From the NCBI GenBank assembly GCA_964199315.1, contig OZ116712.1:3410001-3474000 (forward strand): a DNA stretch of 64,000 bases. The letters run 5' to 3'. The translations under genes and the position numbers were made by a program. Every line of letters begins with the position of its first letter. Position 1 is the first letter of the stretch. Positions 12,401 through 26,600 of this stretch are shown one piece after another. The notes beneath the pieces were generated by a model. The model was given only the letters and a program-made list of their open reading frames with translations. It was not told the origin of the DNA and did no database searches. Source of the stretch: Orbicella franksi. Lineage: Eukaryota.

Positions 12401-15400
12401 CGAAGTTTAACAATGGTTACCATCACAGTTTGCCCAAGCTTCACGATTTGTCAAGGCACTGCAACAATTTGCAGCACAGCAAAGTGCAATGGGCCACTAT
12501 AAATTTCAATGAGCGAACCTTAAGATCACTGCAACACTCACTTTTAAACAGCTATAGTCACAAAGAGGTTCTTTTATTGACATTTCGTGCATAAAAGCGT
12601 ACTTGAGAAAATTGGTTACCTCAACAACTGTGCGGAGATCATTGACGTATTGTCGCTCAGATTCAATCATCTCGTTCAACACGAATCTACAGGAATAAAT
12701 CTCGTGTTAGTGATTTCGTCTTGAGCCTGAATTAAAACATTAAGTAGAGTATCATAAACACATAAGACATGCACACGTTATAACAACCAAAGGATAAGAG
12801 ACAATGGTGTTCTCTGGAAAGAGCGTAAGACTGAAAAGAAAGATTGTTTGGCGACGATTTGGTTCAAAATTCTCAATTGGACCTGAGAATTTATTGGGAC
12901 ACTTACTCTCGTTGATGGAGTGCCTCCCTTTCTTTGCCTTTAGCAGTTTTCGGAGCCTTCTTCACATCCTCCTCCGGGGCCCTGATGATAAAGACCCGAG
13001 GCAACCACCCGACTGCTCCAGTGGTAATAACACAGACCATTAAACTCTCCGAGCCTATGTTGTCAAGGACCTCTATTGTGTCTCCTTCATTCGCGGATAC
13101 CTCACCAGGAGCCTTAGGTTTGTAGTTGGTGATACACACAAATCTTATTTTCTCTCCCTGCAAAACCAAAACAAATGCTTGAAAATGTCGACGACAAGGA
13201 AATATTAACTGAGATTCAAGCGCGAAGGGAAAAGGACACATTTTTACATTGTTGTCCTAGAGACCACAAATAGACTTACTTGCGTCGGTATGTCTGCAGT
13301 TTCATCGCTGAAAAAAAATAATAGTAATAAGCATGGGTGTGAGCATAATCATAACTGGTGAGCAAGGGCATTGCAAAAACCCGATCACAAGACATCGTCA
13401 ACAACAACAACAACCATTTATTTGTACTCATAATTTATAATGGAGTTTGAAGGCAAATGTAGACATTTTAGTTCTATTTGAGTCTACGGAAACTGGCGCT
13501 GTCATGCAACATATCAACAAATCGTAGGTTATATCGGGGACCTCTCGTTGCTAACCATATACACGGGAAAATACTCGAATCTTTCATTATGTTATATCTG
13601 TCAGCAAAATGTCGGTTGTTGATTTAAAAATGTTGATTTCAGCAATAGGCTTGATTTGAAAGTCAGCTGATGAAATCGTTCAAGGTATTAAAGTGGAAGC
13701 ATCGAACCCACTCTCAAAATCTTTGATTACTGCTATTTATTAGATATAAGTAATAAAAAAAACTTGGCGCCAGGAAGCACGTGGTGAAATACTGTAGTAA
13801 GCGTGCCTATTTTGATACCAAATTTGTAGAAGTGTGAACTTTATGGCGGCTAAGATGTTCGATAAATTAAGAAGATTTGTACCGCAACATAACCTCAGTT
13901 AACTCTTACTTACCCGTCGTCATCTTTCTTCAGACAAGTGTGACGTACAAATCCGATCTCTGAACCACGTGATACTCTTCTGACCAACCAGAACTCAGGT
14001 CGACTAGTATCCAGTACTTCGACCTTGTCGCCCTTCTTGAGGAATTTGTTTCCAGTTTCCTCCGAATAGAAGTCTTCTATGGCCGTGTACAGTTTGAGCG
14101 TGAGGACCTGAGAACGACGTAAAGGAAAATGTAAGAACACCACAAGAAAATCCCTGAAAAAATCCTTTAGGGCACGTAATGTAGCTTAAAACCTCAAGCA
14201 TTGCAAAACAAAAATGTTACCTCCTCCACTCTTGATAGTCCTGAACTCTTACGAGGAGGTTTTCCACTGTAAAGGAGTGGCCTTTGATCCGTTCCTGGAA
14301 GAGAAAAGCGACGAATATTTTCTTACGCAATCATAAGTGATGGAAAATTTCCCAACAATGGGGGGGGAGCAGAAGTTTTAAAAACCAATATTCAGTTTAA
14401 TTACCCGGCATAGTCAATCGAACCCTGTCGAACTGCATATTAACAGTTTGGCAATCGAACGAAATCGAAGTCACACAGAAATAGTCGGACAATCGAACGT
14501 TTGATTTCCGAACTCAATCGAACGAAATCCAGGGATGGAGTTCGATTGAGTTCGTTTTCCGCACGTTCGATTCACCATGCCGGGAGTCTAACAGCAGTGT
14601 GTCTATTACCCTTGCTATCCTTAGTTACAGTTACTCAACACGCACAATAGATCTCCAATAAAATAAAAATGTTCTAACTACGCACCTTCTACAAAGAGAT
14701 TTGAGGTAGAAGACACCTCTCCGAAGTCATTTTTAGCTACCACTTTGTATTGTCCAGCATCATCGACCTTTCCTTCAGTTATCAAAATGGAGTACAGGTT
14801 TTCTTCTTGGAAAACTTTGATATGCGGGAACTGTTCGTCAGTGATCTCTTCGTCGCCTTTGTACCACGTGACTGCCGGGGTTGGCTTTCCGCGCACGCGT
14901 ACATCAAACCTTGCTGCACTACCGTCTTCGATGGAACGATCTCTCAACGGAGCCGTGAATGACGGTGCTTCGCCTCCTTCAGTTTTTAGCGCTGCTGGGA
15001 TGAAAATGATTGTTACAGGTAAGGAACAGCGCACGCTCGGGTTTACTAGCTTTCTCGGATTCCGAACATAGGTTCGGTTTTTCTCCGATGTTCGTCCGTT
15101 ATTCCGATGTAACGAACATTAGAATCAGACCACTGTAAACACACTACCTTCAGCCAAATTTTTGGAGAAATTTCCCCGAAAACTCTTAACTCTGCTACTT
15201 ATCCACAGATATGCCGAATAGGCCATTTCCGAGTTACCTTGTGTCTCTGTTTCAAAACGACTCGAGTCCTCGTGAAAAACCTTACATATGAAAATGAGTT
15301 TGACTGACATCGAAATGACTGAACCTGTAGGCAGAACTCATTTTCAGATGAATGGTTTGTTTTGACAAAGAGGCAAAAGCCAACTCGGAAATGGCCTATT

Positions 15401-18400
15401 CTACTGAACATCTAGACAGCCATTTGGCCATGTCAGGCTGTCCGTCTTCCTCGTGCATTAGTTGTTACAAGCGCCATAATCATTACTTTCCTTACCTTCA
15501 ACCGAGAGTTTTGCTTGGCAAGCTACTGAACCTCCCATGTTGGACGCCACGCAACGATACTCGCCCTGGTCCTCCACGGTCGCTTTGTTGATCAGCAGTG
15601 AGTAGTTTCCAGTCTGCGAATCTTTGATAAACTTCAATCGCGAGTCCTCCTTCAGTAACTCACCATGTTTGTACCACGTGACTTCCGGTTCCGGGATGCC
15701 CGTTGTTTTGACGGTGAAGTAAACAGTGTCCCCAGCTTTGACGTCACGGTTGCTAAGCTCTTGTTGGAACTCTGGCGCGCAGACGCTGTCACGTGATCTC
15801 CGGCGCTCCATCCGGGCATTCATCTTTTCGAGCTGTTCTTCATCTTGGGATGAAGACTCTGACATTGATTCTTAAACAAAATAAAAACAAAATAAAAACA
15901 AAATAGTCAAACGACAAGGCTATTATTCTTTTGCTCACTGAAGTAAAAGAAAACGCTCTGTGAATTTCGACTCTAATCGTAAGTAGGTACTCCTACGCTG
16001 TTATTTATCGGCAGTCGCAAGCTTACAGCCCTGTGTGATAAGGAGAGTCATCTTTAGCGTAACAAGGTCTTTACCCCAATACAGCATGGCCAACACTGAA
16101 GAAATTACGTCAACATACATTAAGACATCACTACGGTGGGAGAACATTAGTAGCTTGGAAGTCTCCAGTGACGCAAATTGAGGTTAAATTTTCAAGTTAA
16201 TCTTTCATGTTCTATCTGAATATTTCCAACCTGAAACGGCGTCGCTAGTTTCGTGATTACTTAAACTACTAAAAATGTTATTTTGATGTCTCTGTTTCCA
16301 ACCACGGGTTAGTATATGAACACAAAGCTCTTTTCAACTTGAACAGTTGGCTTTTTCCAGTCTATAAGCACTCCGCGTCAAGCAGTTCTTTAGAAAGTGA
16401 ATATCTCAGAAAAGCGCCTGGATGTAAAACACTCATCTCAAAAAGAGTGACAGAAAATAACCAAGAATCACCTACCTTCTACCAACACCTCAGCCGAACA
16501 AGACGCAATGCCCCAGTTATTAAGCAACACGCACTTATAGATGCCTTCGTCGTCACAAGTTACTGCCTGAATGTCGAGGTTGTGTGTTGAGCCCTGTGAA
16601 GACTGCGTGAATCGAGGACGTGAGCGGATCAGGTCATTGTCCTTGAACCATTCAATGTTGTCGATGGGTTCTGGACCGGAAGTCACCTAAACAGAAAACA
16701 GTACGTCAATGAGAAAACTGCTCTCCTCAAAGACAACCTGGCATATGCAATGAGCAAGGTTAAAAACAGCGAACAGTTCCCAGTTCTCGGGAAGAGACAG
16801 GATAGGATAGAACACCTTAACTAACAACTTGAAAGTTACCTACTCTTTTAATGTTTACCTGCAACGCGACATTTTCGCCATCATTGACTTCGATGTTTTC
16901 CAGAGGAGTCACTATGGTCGGCTTGGCACCACTTCTTTGCTTGGACGGGAGTTTCGTGACCGGAGAGCCTGGAGTAGCGCCGTCGGCACTTTCGGCGACT
17001 TCGACTGATTCTGAAAAATGTCAAACATTTAAAGAAGTTCAATCAGAGTATTTTAAGTCATTTTGGCCACGTACAAAATTGCCTTAAATTGAAGGAAACC
17101 TGAAAATAATAGATTCCTAAGATATAAAAAAACCAAAGAGATAGTAATAAACGATGAAGGAACAAGGATGGTTAAGGATGGAGAAGATTAACACGGATTA
17201 CAAACGACGAACTTGAAAAATGTAGGCTAAACCTTTGAGGATGTGCAAACCGTGACACAGCTCCTTGTGGTAAATATTCCTATGACTGGAGGTAATTTGC
17301 TGCATCACTGTTACAACTCTGAAAACTTGCACTAACCTTCTACTGTTATCTTTGCCTCGCAAGACTGTGTCCCAGCCTTGTTAGATATCACGCATTTGTA
17401 CATCCCCTGATCTGAAGTTTCCACCGGAGAAATCTTTAGCGAGCAATGCTCTCCGTCGGACGACATTTTCAAGCGTTTTCCGTACTTTATCGGCTCGTCG
17501 TCTTTGAACCAGCGAATCTGCAGTGGTTGGCTGCCAGCGGCTATCACTTCTAGCTGTGCAGTGGAATGTTTCACCACACTCAGGTCGGTGCATTCTTGAA
17601 CAAATTCCGGTGCCATTTGAGAAAGACGGCTGCAAAATTAAATCCAATGCGAAGGGGTTAGCAAATGTTGTACACAGGTCTTCTAAATTTTTGCAAGACC
17701 GTATACGGAGTGTGGCCCAAAGTAACTTACTGTACATGTTCGAAGCAACACAACAGTGCTCCGGGCAAATCTAAGAATTTGCTGTGATAACCAACTACAT
17801 TTAAGCACAAGGACTGCTCCATACAAAATCTACACCGTGAGTTTTGTATTTTCGTTGTTTCCACAACCTCAGCAACAACAACAACAACAAATTACTTACG
17901 GGGTAACACGCTTCGAAATTTCAGCTTTACTTATGGTGTCATTGTGCAGTTCACAAGCGTTTTTACCACGCACCGAAACAGCAAATGAAAACAGCTTTCA
18001 ACATTTGAGCGATTTGATGCACATTAGTGATCAAACAGATTTTATAAGGTGTAGTTAAGTCAGCATCAATATGTAATAGGAATACCTGAAAAAAAAATAA
18101 TCACAACAAAAATAATAGCACAAAAACAACAAGTACTTACCCACGGTTCATGACTGTTTGAGGAACTTTGACTTTCTCTGTGAAGATAAAAGCAAACAAC
18201 CCTTCTGTTATTTCTCATGATTTCTTTTTCTACCACAACTAGTTTCATTTCCGAACGGAGTCAAAAATAACTTTCTCGTACCTTCGACAAGAACTTCACA
18301 ATCAGTAGAAACTGAGCCCGCAGCATTCGTAGCGACACAGCGGTACACCGCCTCATCCTTGACTGTCACGTTGAAGATATTAACAGCGTGCATTTCACCG

Positions 18401-20570
18401 GCGGAAATAATGGTTATATGATGATCCTCTTTAAGAGCATGGTCGTCTTTGAACCACGTGACCTCGGCCTTGCACTCGGCTGGTACTCGGACGTCTAGCG
18501 TGAGGTTGTCGCTTTCTTTAACTTGTTTGTCCTGAAGCTCCGACGAGAAAACCGGTTTTGGAACTGACGGTAAAGAAATGATACAAACCTCAGCTTTCAG
18601 TACACTTTATATAAAGATTTGGGAAAGCCTTGCCAGGTCGTAATATTTTAAGCCCAAGACCAGGCACACAAAACTGAACTATTTTAGAAACTCGAGCAAC
18701 AGATGCGAGAAAGAGCTACGAAGAAAATCAGTTAAAACTTTGTTGTCTTTTATGATATCTTTAAGAATTTTGCGACGAATCAAGACAACTTCCTCCAGGT
18801 AATGATCTAACTGCTGTATTCTCGTTAGGTACTTTATGGAAAATGGATATATACTGTAAAGAGAAAATGGACTTGATCATTTTCATTACTGACCTGATTT
18901 CGCGGCAGGCTTCGGTTTAGGTGCTGGAGGGGGTGCTCTGGAAACAGAATAAACAATAAGCAGTGAATATGGACAGATTTATAACTGAGTCTTTTATTGA
19001 CCTTGGTAAAGTAACCAAATCTAAGTATTTGAAATAAGTCAATGACAAGAAAAAAAAAAGGAAATTACGCCACGAACTAATCACAATTCAAAGCAAAAGC
19101 GTGAAAACGGTGGAGGTAGGGGGAAAATATTTTGGTTTTGCTTTTGCCACTGATCGGTTAATGAAAAGCACGTTGTAATGTTCTGATCAGTAAGATGGTT
19201 TTATGACAAATTCTGGAAACAATCCTAGAGCTAAGCAGACACAGAACCCCGCGTAAATTTCTGGAAATTAATTGCTGAACAAACTGCCCAAAAGCAGCAA
19301 AATCAAAGTCATAACTACACGAAATAACACCAATATCTGAAGAAAACAAGACCCATATCTTACTTGGCAGGAGGTTCTTTCTTTGCTGGTACCTCATCTT
19401 CGGACGTTTCTTCACTTTCTTCCTCGGTTGACTCTTCGAGGCCTGAATCAAATAAAGAGAACCTCTAAGCGTCATGACAGCTCTCTTTGCGAGCTTTTTT
19501 TTCTCTCAAGACATAGATCCCTTGAGAACACATCTCCAACGTGGTTTCAATTTTTGGTCAATCCTCATCAGGGAGGGCCGGAAATTGCACATTTTTCTTG
19601 GACAGTGTAGGGCTCTTTACTGTAAAGGAGCTACGTCACAGTTTGCGCATCTTGAAACGTTTAGCCTAAATTTTTCAAGTTCGCCGTTTGTAATCCGTGT
19701 TAATCTTCTCCATCCTTAACCATCCTTGTTCCTTTATTGTTTATTATTATCTCTTGGGCATTTTTCTATCTTAGTTAACTACTATTTTCAGGTTTCCTTC
19801 AATTTAACACTAATTTTGTACGTGGCCAAAATAACTTAAAATACTGTGACTGAGCTCCTTCAAGTCATTGTGCTACGTAGAACCGAAACAACAAAGCAAC
19901 TGACCTTCTACTTCAAGCGCTGCAGTGCAAGAAACCTCTCCTTTGATGTTTGACGCTTCACATTTGTAAACGCCTTCGTCATCAGCCACCACCTCATTCA
20001 CAAACAGAGAGAACACTCCGTCATCATCTTCGTCAAACCGGAACTTCCGGCCCTCTGTAAGAGGTTTATCATCCTTTAACCATCGTACTTCCGGTTCTGG
20101 GCTTCCGGTGAGTTTGACATCAAACTTTGCCGCGCTTCCTTCAATGACTTCCGCTTTCTTCATGGTGCGGACGAACTTGGGCGGAGTCTCAGGGGGACCA
20201 TCTTCGAGGTCAGGGGCACGAGACACTGGTATGTCTGTGGCCAGTGTCACTGTTTTTTCTACTGGCATCTTAGGACTAGACGTCGAAAATATCAACAGGT
20301 AATTAGTGTGATTAGCTGGTAACTTGTCGATGTAGAAAGAAATCACTGGAAAAAAAATCAGCTTAACCTAAATCCTGACCCTATAAAGTGGAAATTTAAA
20401 AAGTAAATTGACTTACAGCGACATGACACCTTCTTTAATTTCTGGCTTAGGAGCTGCAAAGAAACAAAGCGGTAAAGACATAAGTCACATATTGGTCATA
20501 AAATTTAACCAAACCCAAATGTTGCAGTAAGCCAAGAAAACAGTGAAACCAACAGGTTCGTTGATTATTG

Positions 20571-20602
<32 letters not shown>

Positions 20603-23600
20603 TACTGCCAAACCGCTGAACGAAAGAACGAGCCAACGAACTAATTTAAATCAGAATCGAAATGGGAGAGAACACAAAATTTAACTTGCACTTGTAAATA
20701 ACATATCTAACACAAAACGTCATTTACTATCCTTTCCATAAATGAGACAGCCATAAAGCACGTAAGAAGCCGAAACTACCTTGAACAGTCAGCTTAGCAG
20801 AACAAGTAGCTTTTCCAGCTTTGTTCTTAGCAATGCAAGAGTACTCTCCCTGGTCAGCGGTTTCTACACGTGGAATACGCAGTACATGCACGCCATCTTT
20901 GTTCTTGTCAATCTTAACTCGACGTCCATCTCTGATTGGTTTGCCTCCTTTCTGCCATTCTACATCCGGGACAGGGGTTCCGGACACCTTAACTGTCAAC
21001 TTCACCTCCTCACCGTCCGTGACTGTTGTGTCTGTAAACTTTTGCTCGAAGTTTGGGCGGACCGTTACCTCCTGACGAGGTTTGGAAAGTCCTGAAGTTT
21101 GAAAAAGAGTTCTCTTTAGTGGTTTGTCACGTAATCTTGTCAAGCACATCTTGAAAAGTTTAGCCTAAATTTTTCAAGTTCGTCGTCGGTAATCTGTCAA
21201 TCTTCTCCATCCTTAACCATCCTTCCTTTATGGTTTATCATTATCTCTTTAGTGTTTTTCAATCTTAGTAAACTATTACTTCCTTCAATTTAAAAGTAGT
21301 TATACGCGTGGCCAAAATTATTCAAAATACCATGACTGTGCTCCTTTAAAGTGACTGCTATGTTCATGTTAAAGAATCTTTCCACCCTTCCCTCGAACCA
21401 AATTTTCGACGATTTTTGGCATATTATAGTAGAGATGGAGAAAGAGGAGGAAGACTGCCTTCACAGTTCAGAAAAGAAGACAATCGGTTGCCTCAACATT
21501 GTGTTGGATGTGATTTTCTTACTGGTGACATATTTCAACATAAAAGTTAAACTCTAAATCTAACCTGTCACAGTGATTTTACACGCCGTGCTGACGCTGC
21601 CCGCCTTGTTCGAGGCTTCGCATTTGTATTCTCCCGCGTCCTCTACCTCACAGTCTTTTATTACAAGTGTAAACCCGCTCACTGATTGGCTGATGTCAAA
21701 CCGCCCTCCAGCGCTGATTGGCTTATCATCCTTGAACCACTGGAACCCAGGTTCCGGCGTTCCCATCGCCCGGCATGCTAAGCGCACCGAACTTCCTTCA
21801 ACCGCTGACCTGTCGCGCAGTTTGAGGATAAACTCTGGTTCTCGAAGGCGTTCTTTTGGTTTTGCAGGCTCAGGCTTGGCTTTTGGTTCTGCTTTTGGTT
21901 GAGGTTTTGGCGCTGGTTTCGGCGGTGGCTCTGATTTCTCTACTTGAGCAGTTGCAGGGGCAATAGACGTCTCGATAACTGGAAGTGGTTTCTTCGAATC
22001 CCCGGGTGGTTTTGTCCTGAAAGCGAAAACAAAAATTGAAAATTGAAATCATACGAAGATCATCCAAATTCTCCTTACTAGTTATCATACAATTTCTACA
22101 ACCATCTTTGGCAGAATTTCGCCCTATAATCGAAACTTTTTTTCTCGAGACGTTCAAGCGCTCTTTCCAAAGTAATGTTCTTTGTTTCAAAACAAATAGT
22201 TCTCTTCCCTGGAGTTTCGAGTCCTATAAAATAAGACATCACAGACTTCGCTTCCGTTTTTTGTTCTTCCATTCTCTCATTATGAAATAATACTTTTAAA
22301 CAGGCTTCTCAAATTAGCAATATTCCTTCTGACACTTACTTCTCTTCTTCCGGTTCCGGTTCACCAGCAGACTCACTTTCCTCGTCTTCTGTTTCTGTAA
22401 CAAAGAAAATAATAAAACAAAAATTATAATTATACAATTTGAAACAAGTGCCAACAAAACAACAGGGAGAAATCTCCCTGCGTTCGCTGGCTTGTGAAGA
22501 TAATGCGAATATGATACGAACGATTTTAAAAGACATAAAAGGCTCATGCAATATCTGAATAGATAGAGAATCGACAATCATTCCCATATAGTTGAAGAAC
22601 AAACACACACACGAAAAACATCCCCTCCCCACAGCTCTCTTTCGGATCCGAACAGGTGATGACCTCTAATCATAGCTGATCTAGTTTTCAAGAACCCAAA
22701 CCAAACAGAAATTGAGATAAGCTAAATGCTATCCAGTGAATACTTTGTCTATTTTTACATGTCATCTTAGCGTCTGTTATATTTTGAAGTTTTTAGCCAA
22801 AAGTTACTTACGCAATACAAACAAATCCGCTGAGCAGTGTGCCTTGCCGGCGCTGTTCCTAGCCACGCACTTATACAAGCCTTCGTCACTTCCGCAGACG
22901 TCATCAATAACAAGCACCTGCCAGTCATCATCATCCTCAAACTTGTATCTTCCGCCCTCAAGCAGGGGTTCGTTTTCTCTGTACCACCGGATGTCTGGGC
23001 GAGGGTCGCCAATTACACGGCACTCCAATCTCGCGGTTTTCCCAGATACTGCGTCGACGTCTTGGAGCTTCTGGGTAAACTTTGGTGTTGTTCCTTCAAA
23101 CTCGGGCTCCATATCAGCTGGAAAAAGAACAATTTTTGTTCAAAACGTCAAAATTGAATTCGTAAAACACTGTAAAATGAATATCACCGCATGGAAGTAA
23201 TGCTCAAAAAGCTTTCATTAGAATGGTCACACACGGGGGTTACATCCACAGACTTAAAAGTTACAACCACCTTGTACAGGATAATAAACAGTACCAAATG
23301 AAAGAACTGCTCAGTAGCTTTCACACTAGGGTTTCATCCACAGACTAAAAAGTTAGAACCACCTTGTACGGCATAATAAACAGTACCACATGAAAGGACT
23401 GCTCGATAGCTTCACTTGAATGGTCACACACTAGGTTTTCATCCACAGATTTAAAGATAAAACCACGATGTCGCACTGTTTGAGACTAACAATTAAGGTT
23501 GGTTTTACTCACGTTCAACATTGAGGTAAGCATTGCTCTCCACCTGACCAAACTCATTTCGTGCCACAAATCGAATGTGCCCTGCATCTGTCCTCTTGGC

Positions 23601-26600
23601 GTCCGAGATGGTCAGAGCAAAAAGATCCTCGTCACGTTCAGAGGTAAAACGAGGCCATTTACTGACAAGTTTTTCATCTTTGTACCACTCAGCTGTCAAG
23701 GCGCTACTGCTCACCACGCGACACGCAAACTTTGTCACGCCACCTTCCTTTACGTCACGGTTGCGTAACACAAGCGTGATGTCCGGGGGGAGCTTGGGTG
23801 GGCCAGAGGATTCGGCGTCGACTTCATCTTCAGTGTCATCTGACAGCATGTCAAATGTCGACTCACTGGCAACAAAAAGAGCATTTGCAATGAATATATA
23901 GTTGTTTCGTTTCCACAAAATAACAAAACTTTCCCGTTTACAGTAAGTCATGTTTCATTCAACTGACCGTTTTCGTGCTTTGAAAACAAAGGAGAATGAA
24001 GAGAATTAACTGCCACATTATTCAACGAAATTTAAATATTCACTTACCGAGAAAGACGCCTCTCATATTCTGACCCACTTGCAGAATCGAAACCATGACC
24101 TGTGAAACAAGAAGGAAATAAAGGAAATAAAATTTATATGCTAAATCTACATATATACTCGTTAAGACAGCATGACTAAGTAGAGAATAAAGTTTGAGCT
24201 GGGAAATATACCGTGGGAAGTTTGCTTCAACTCGGTCTTGTGAACATGGCGTCTATTTGAAACCGGAGTTACTCGCGGAACGGTGTTTTATAGAGAAAAT
24301 ACGGCAATAACACTGTGTTGAGAATCACAGAACACACTAAAGAATCTGCCCACGGATGAGTACCTTAAAAATTTAGCCAACTCGTCTTTCAAGTTTTGTC
24401 ATTCTCAATAAAGCAAGCACTAAGGGCGCTATAAGCATGACGCCTGGTTACGAAAGAGGACATGTTAAAACGATACTTACTCTCTATGAACAGCTCTGCA
24501 CTGCATTGAGCTTTCCCAGCTGGATTACTTGCTACACACTTGTAGCGTCCTCGGTCAGAATGCTCTGCTTCTCTGATCAGTAGTGAACACAAGCCGTCAT
24601 CTTCAAATGTGAACTTGATCCGTCCACCCTCGCGGATCACTCGGTTGTCCTTGTACCAGTCAACCTCGGGCTCGGGGGTTCCTGGATAAATACACAAAGG
24701 AAAAAACTTTCTGTCACAAAGAAAAACTCCAAACAAACAAAGCACTCATAATTTATCTTTCCATGGTTAAATACATAATTGTGACAACTTTGACGATTTT
24801 ATTGGTGACCGTGTTTCTATGCTTGTGTTGCCATCATTGTTGTTGTTTGATCCAGTAGTCTTCACTGGAACATGGATTTTATACCGACTGTTCCCAAGTT
24901 GAAACCTGTGAAAATTCGCTTTTGTTGCTGCTACTTTCACCTATGACTCTGCTGTTGCTCCTGCTGCCAATCACTAGCACATTGTTTACCACTTTTTCCC
25001 AAGTGGGAATTTCAGATACATTGTTTTAACAATACCCGAATGAACACTGTACTCAAATTAAAGTTTTAGACCAACATTCTCAAACGAGCCTCAGTAAAAT
25101 AGTCCGTACATACATACATATACATTTTATTTGTTATCAAATTAAAATTACAATTGTAACATGCCCGCGGATAGCTGAGCTAATCTAGGCGGGTCATGTT
25201 TAGACGAGTTATTAATATACAACTAGGTACAACCAAATACAACTGAAGGTAACAAGAGAACTAAAGAGACTAGAATTGACAACGATGACTAAAGACAACT
25301 AATAAACTAACGATATTACAAATAATAATTAACAACAGTTACGACGAGAGACTACAGATACACTAAAGCGAAATTATTGAGTATTAATGAATACATACTA
25401 GGAGGAAAATAAATTCAGCTTTACTTTTTGAACGATTTCTGCAAGATCAATATAACAGTCTTCTGAAGCTAGGATTGCAAAAAGTTCTTGTTCTTGTTCA
25501 CACAAGCACACCGAGAAAAGTAAAATCTACTTATTAAAGAAGAATTACCTTTCACACGAACATCAAACTTAGCAGCACTTCCTTCTACGATCTCGACGTC
25601 CTGGATTCTTTGGATGAACTCGGGTTTCACAGCCCCAGCAGGAACCGGTTCACGTCTCAATACAAGCTTCTGAGCTGTGAATTAAAAAGAAGCAAAATTT
25701 CATTTGCGAAAACTCAACCGTTACACTTTGTAAAAAGATGTTATGGGCAGGCTAAACTTGCGGCCTTTTTCCTCAAGGCAATTAAGTTCAATAAAGCCCT
25801 ATTTAAACATAAGCTGCTTTTTGTCTTTCCGAGAAAAACGAAGTGCGATTTTCTGTACATCGAATTTGTTTTTTCTTACTTGTGTAGATTAGAGAACGTT
25901 TAAGGAGCTATATCACGGTTTGCGCACCTTGAAAGTCTAGCTTAAACTTATCAAGTTCGTCGTTGTGTAATCCGTGTTAATCTTTTCAATCCTTAACCAT
26001 CCTTGTTCCTTCATGGTTTAATATTATTTCGTTGGTGTTATTTTATCTTTGTAAACTATTATTTTCAGATTGTCTTCAATTTAAGGGTACTTTTGTACGT
26101 CGTGGTCAAAATAACTCAAAATTCCGTTACTGAGCTCCCCTAAGCCAAGAAACCTACCATTGACTTTGACAATGAATGGCTTCACAGCTGTCCCAGCAGG
26201 GTTTGTAGCCTCAACTCGGTAATTTCCTGAATCTTCCGGTACCGCCTTGGGAATCAACAGAATGTTTTTGTCTCCCACCATCTGTAGCTCGACTCGCTTC
26301 ACTCGCCTAGCAAGACGATTTTCTTTAAACCACTCAACTTGCGGCGTAGGTTTGCCTTTCGCTTGAACAACGAGCTTCACCGGGGCACCCTCCCACACCT
26401 CAAACAGCTGCTCTTCCGTACCTTGGACAAACGTGGGAGCAAATTGTCTGTCACTGACCTTAAGCTCTGCTGCGCAAGTGACTTCACCTGCAGTGTTTCT
26501 CACTTCACACCTGTATTGGCCACTGTCTTCTCGTCGGCAGTCACCAACAGTAAGCGAATACCTCTGCCTTTCGGAGTCTTCATCCATGGTGTACTTCCCT

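Noticed and set aside
24860-25020. 46-codon minus-strand open stretch (VSEIPTWEK...) inside the intron splitting an Ig
   Set aside because: In-frame stops on both sides and no usable splice sites in frame.
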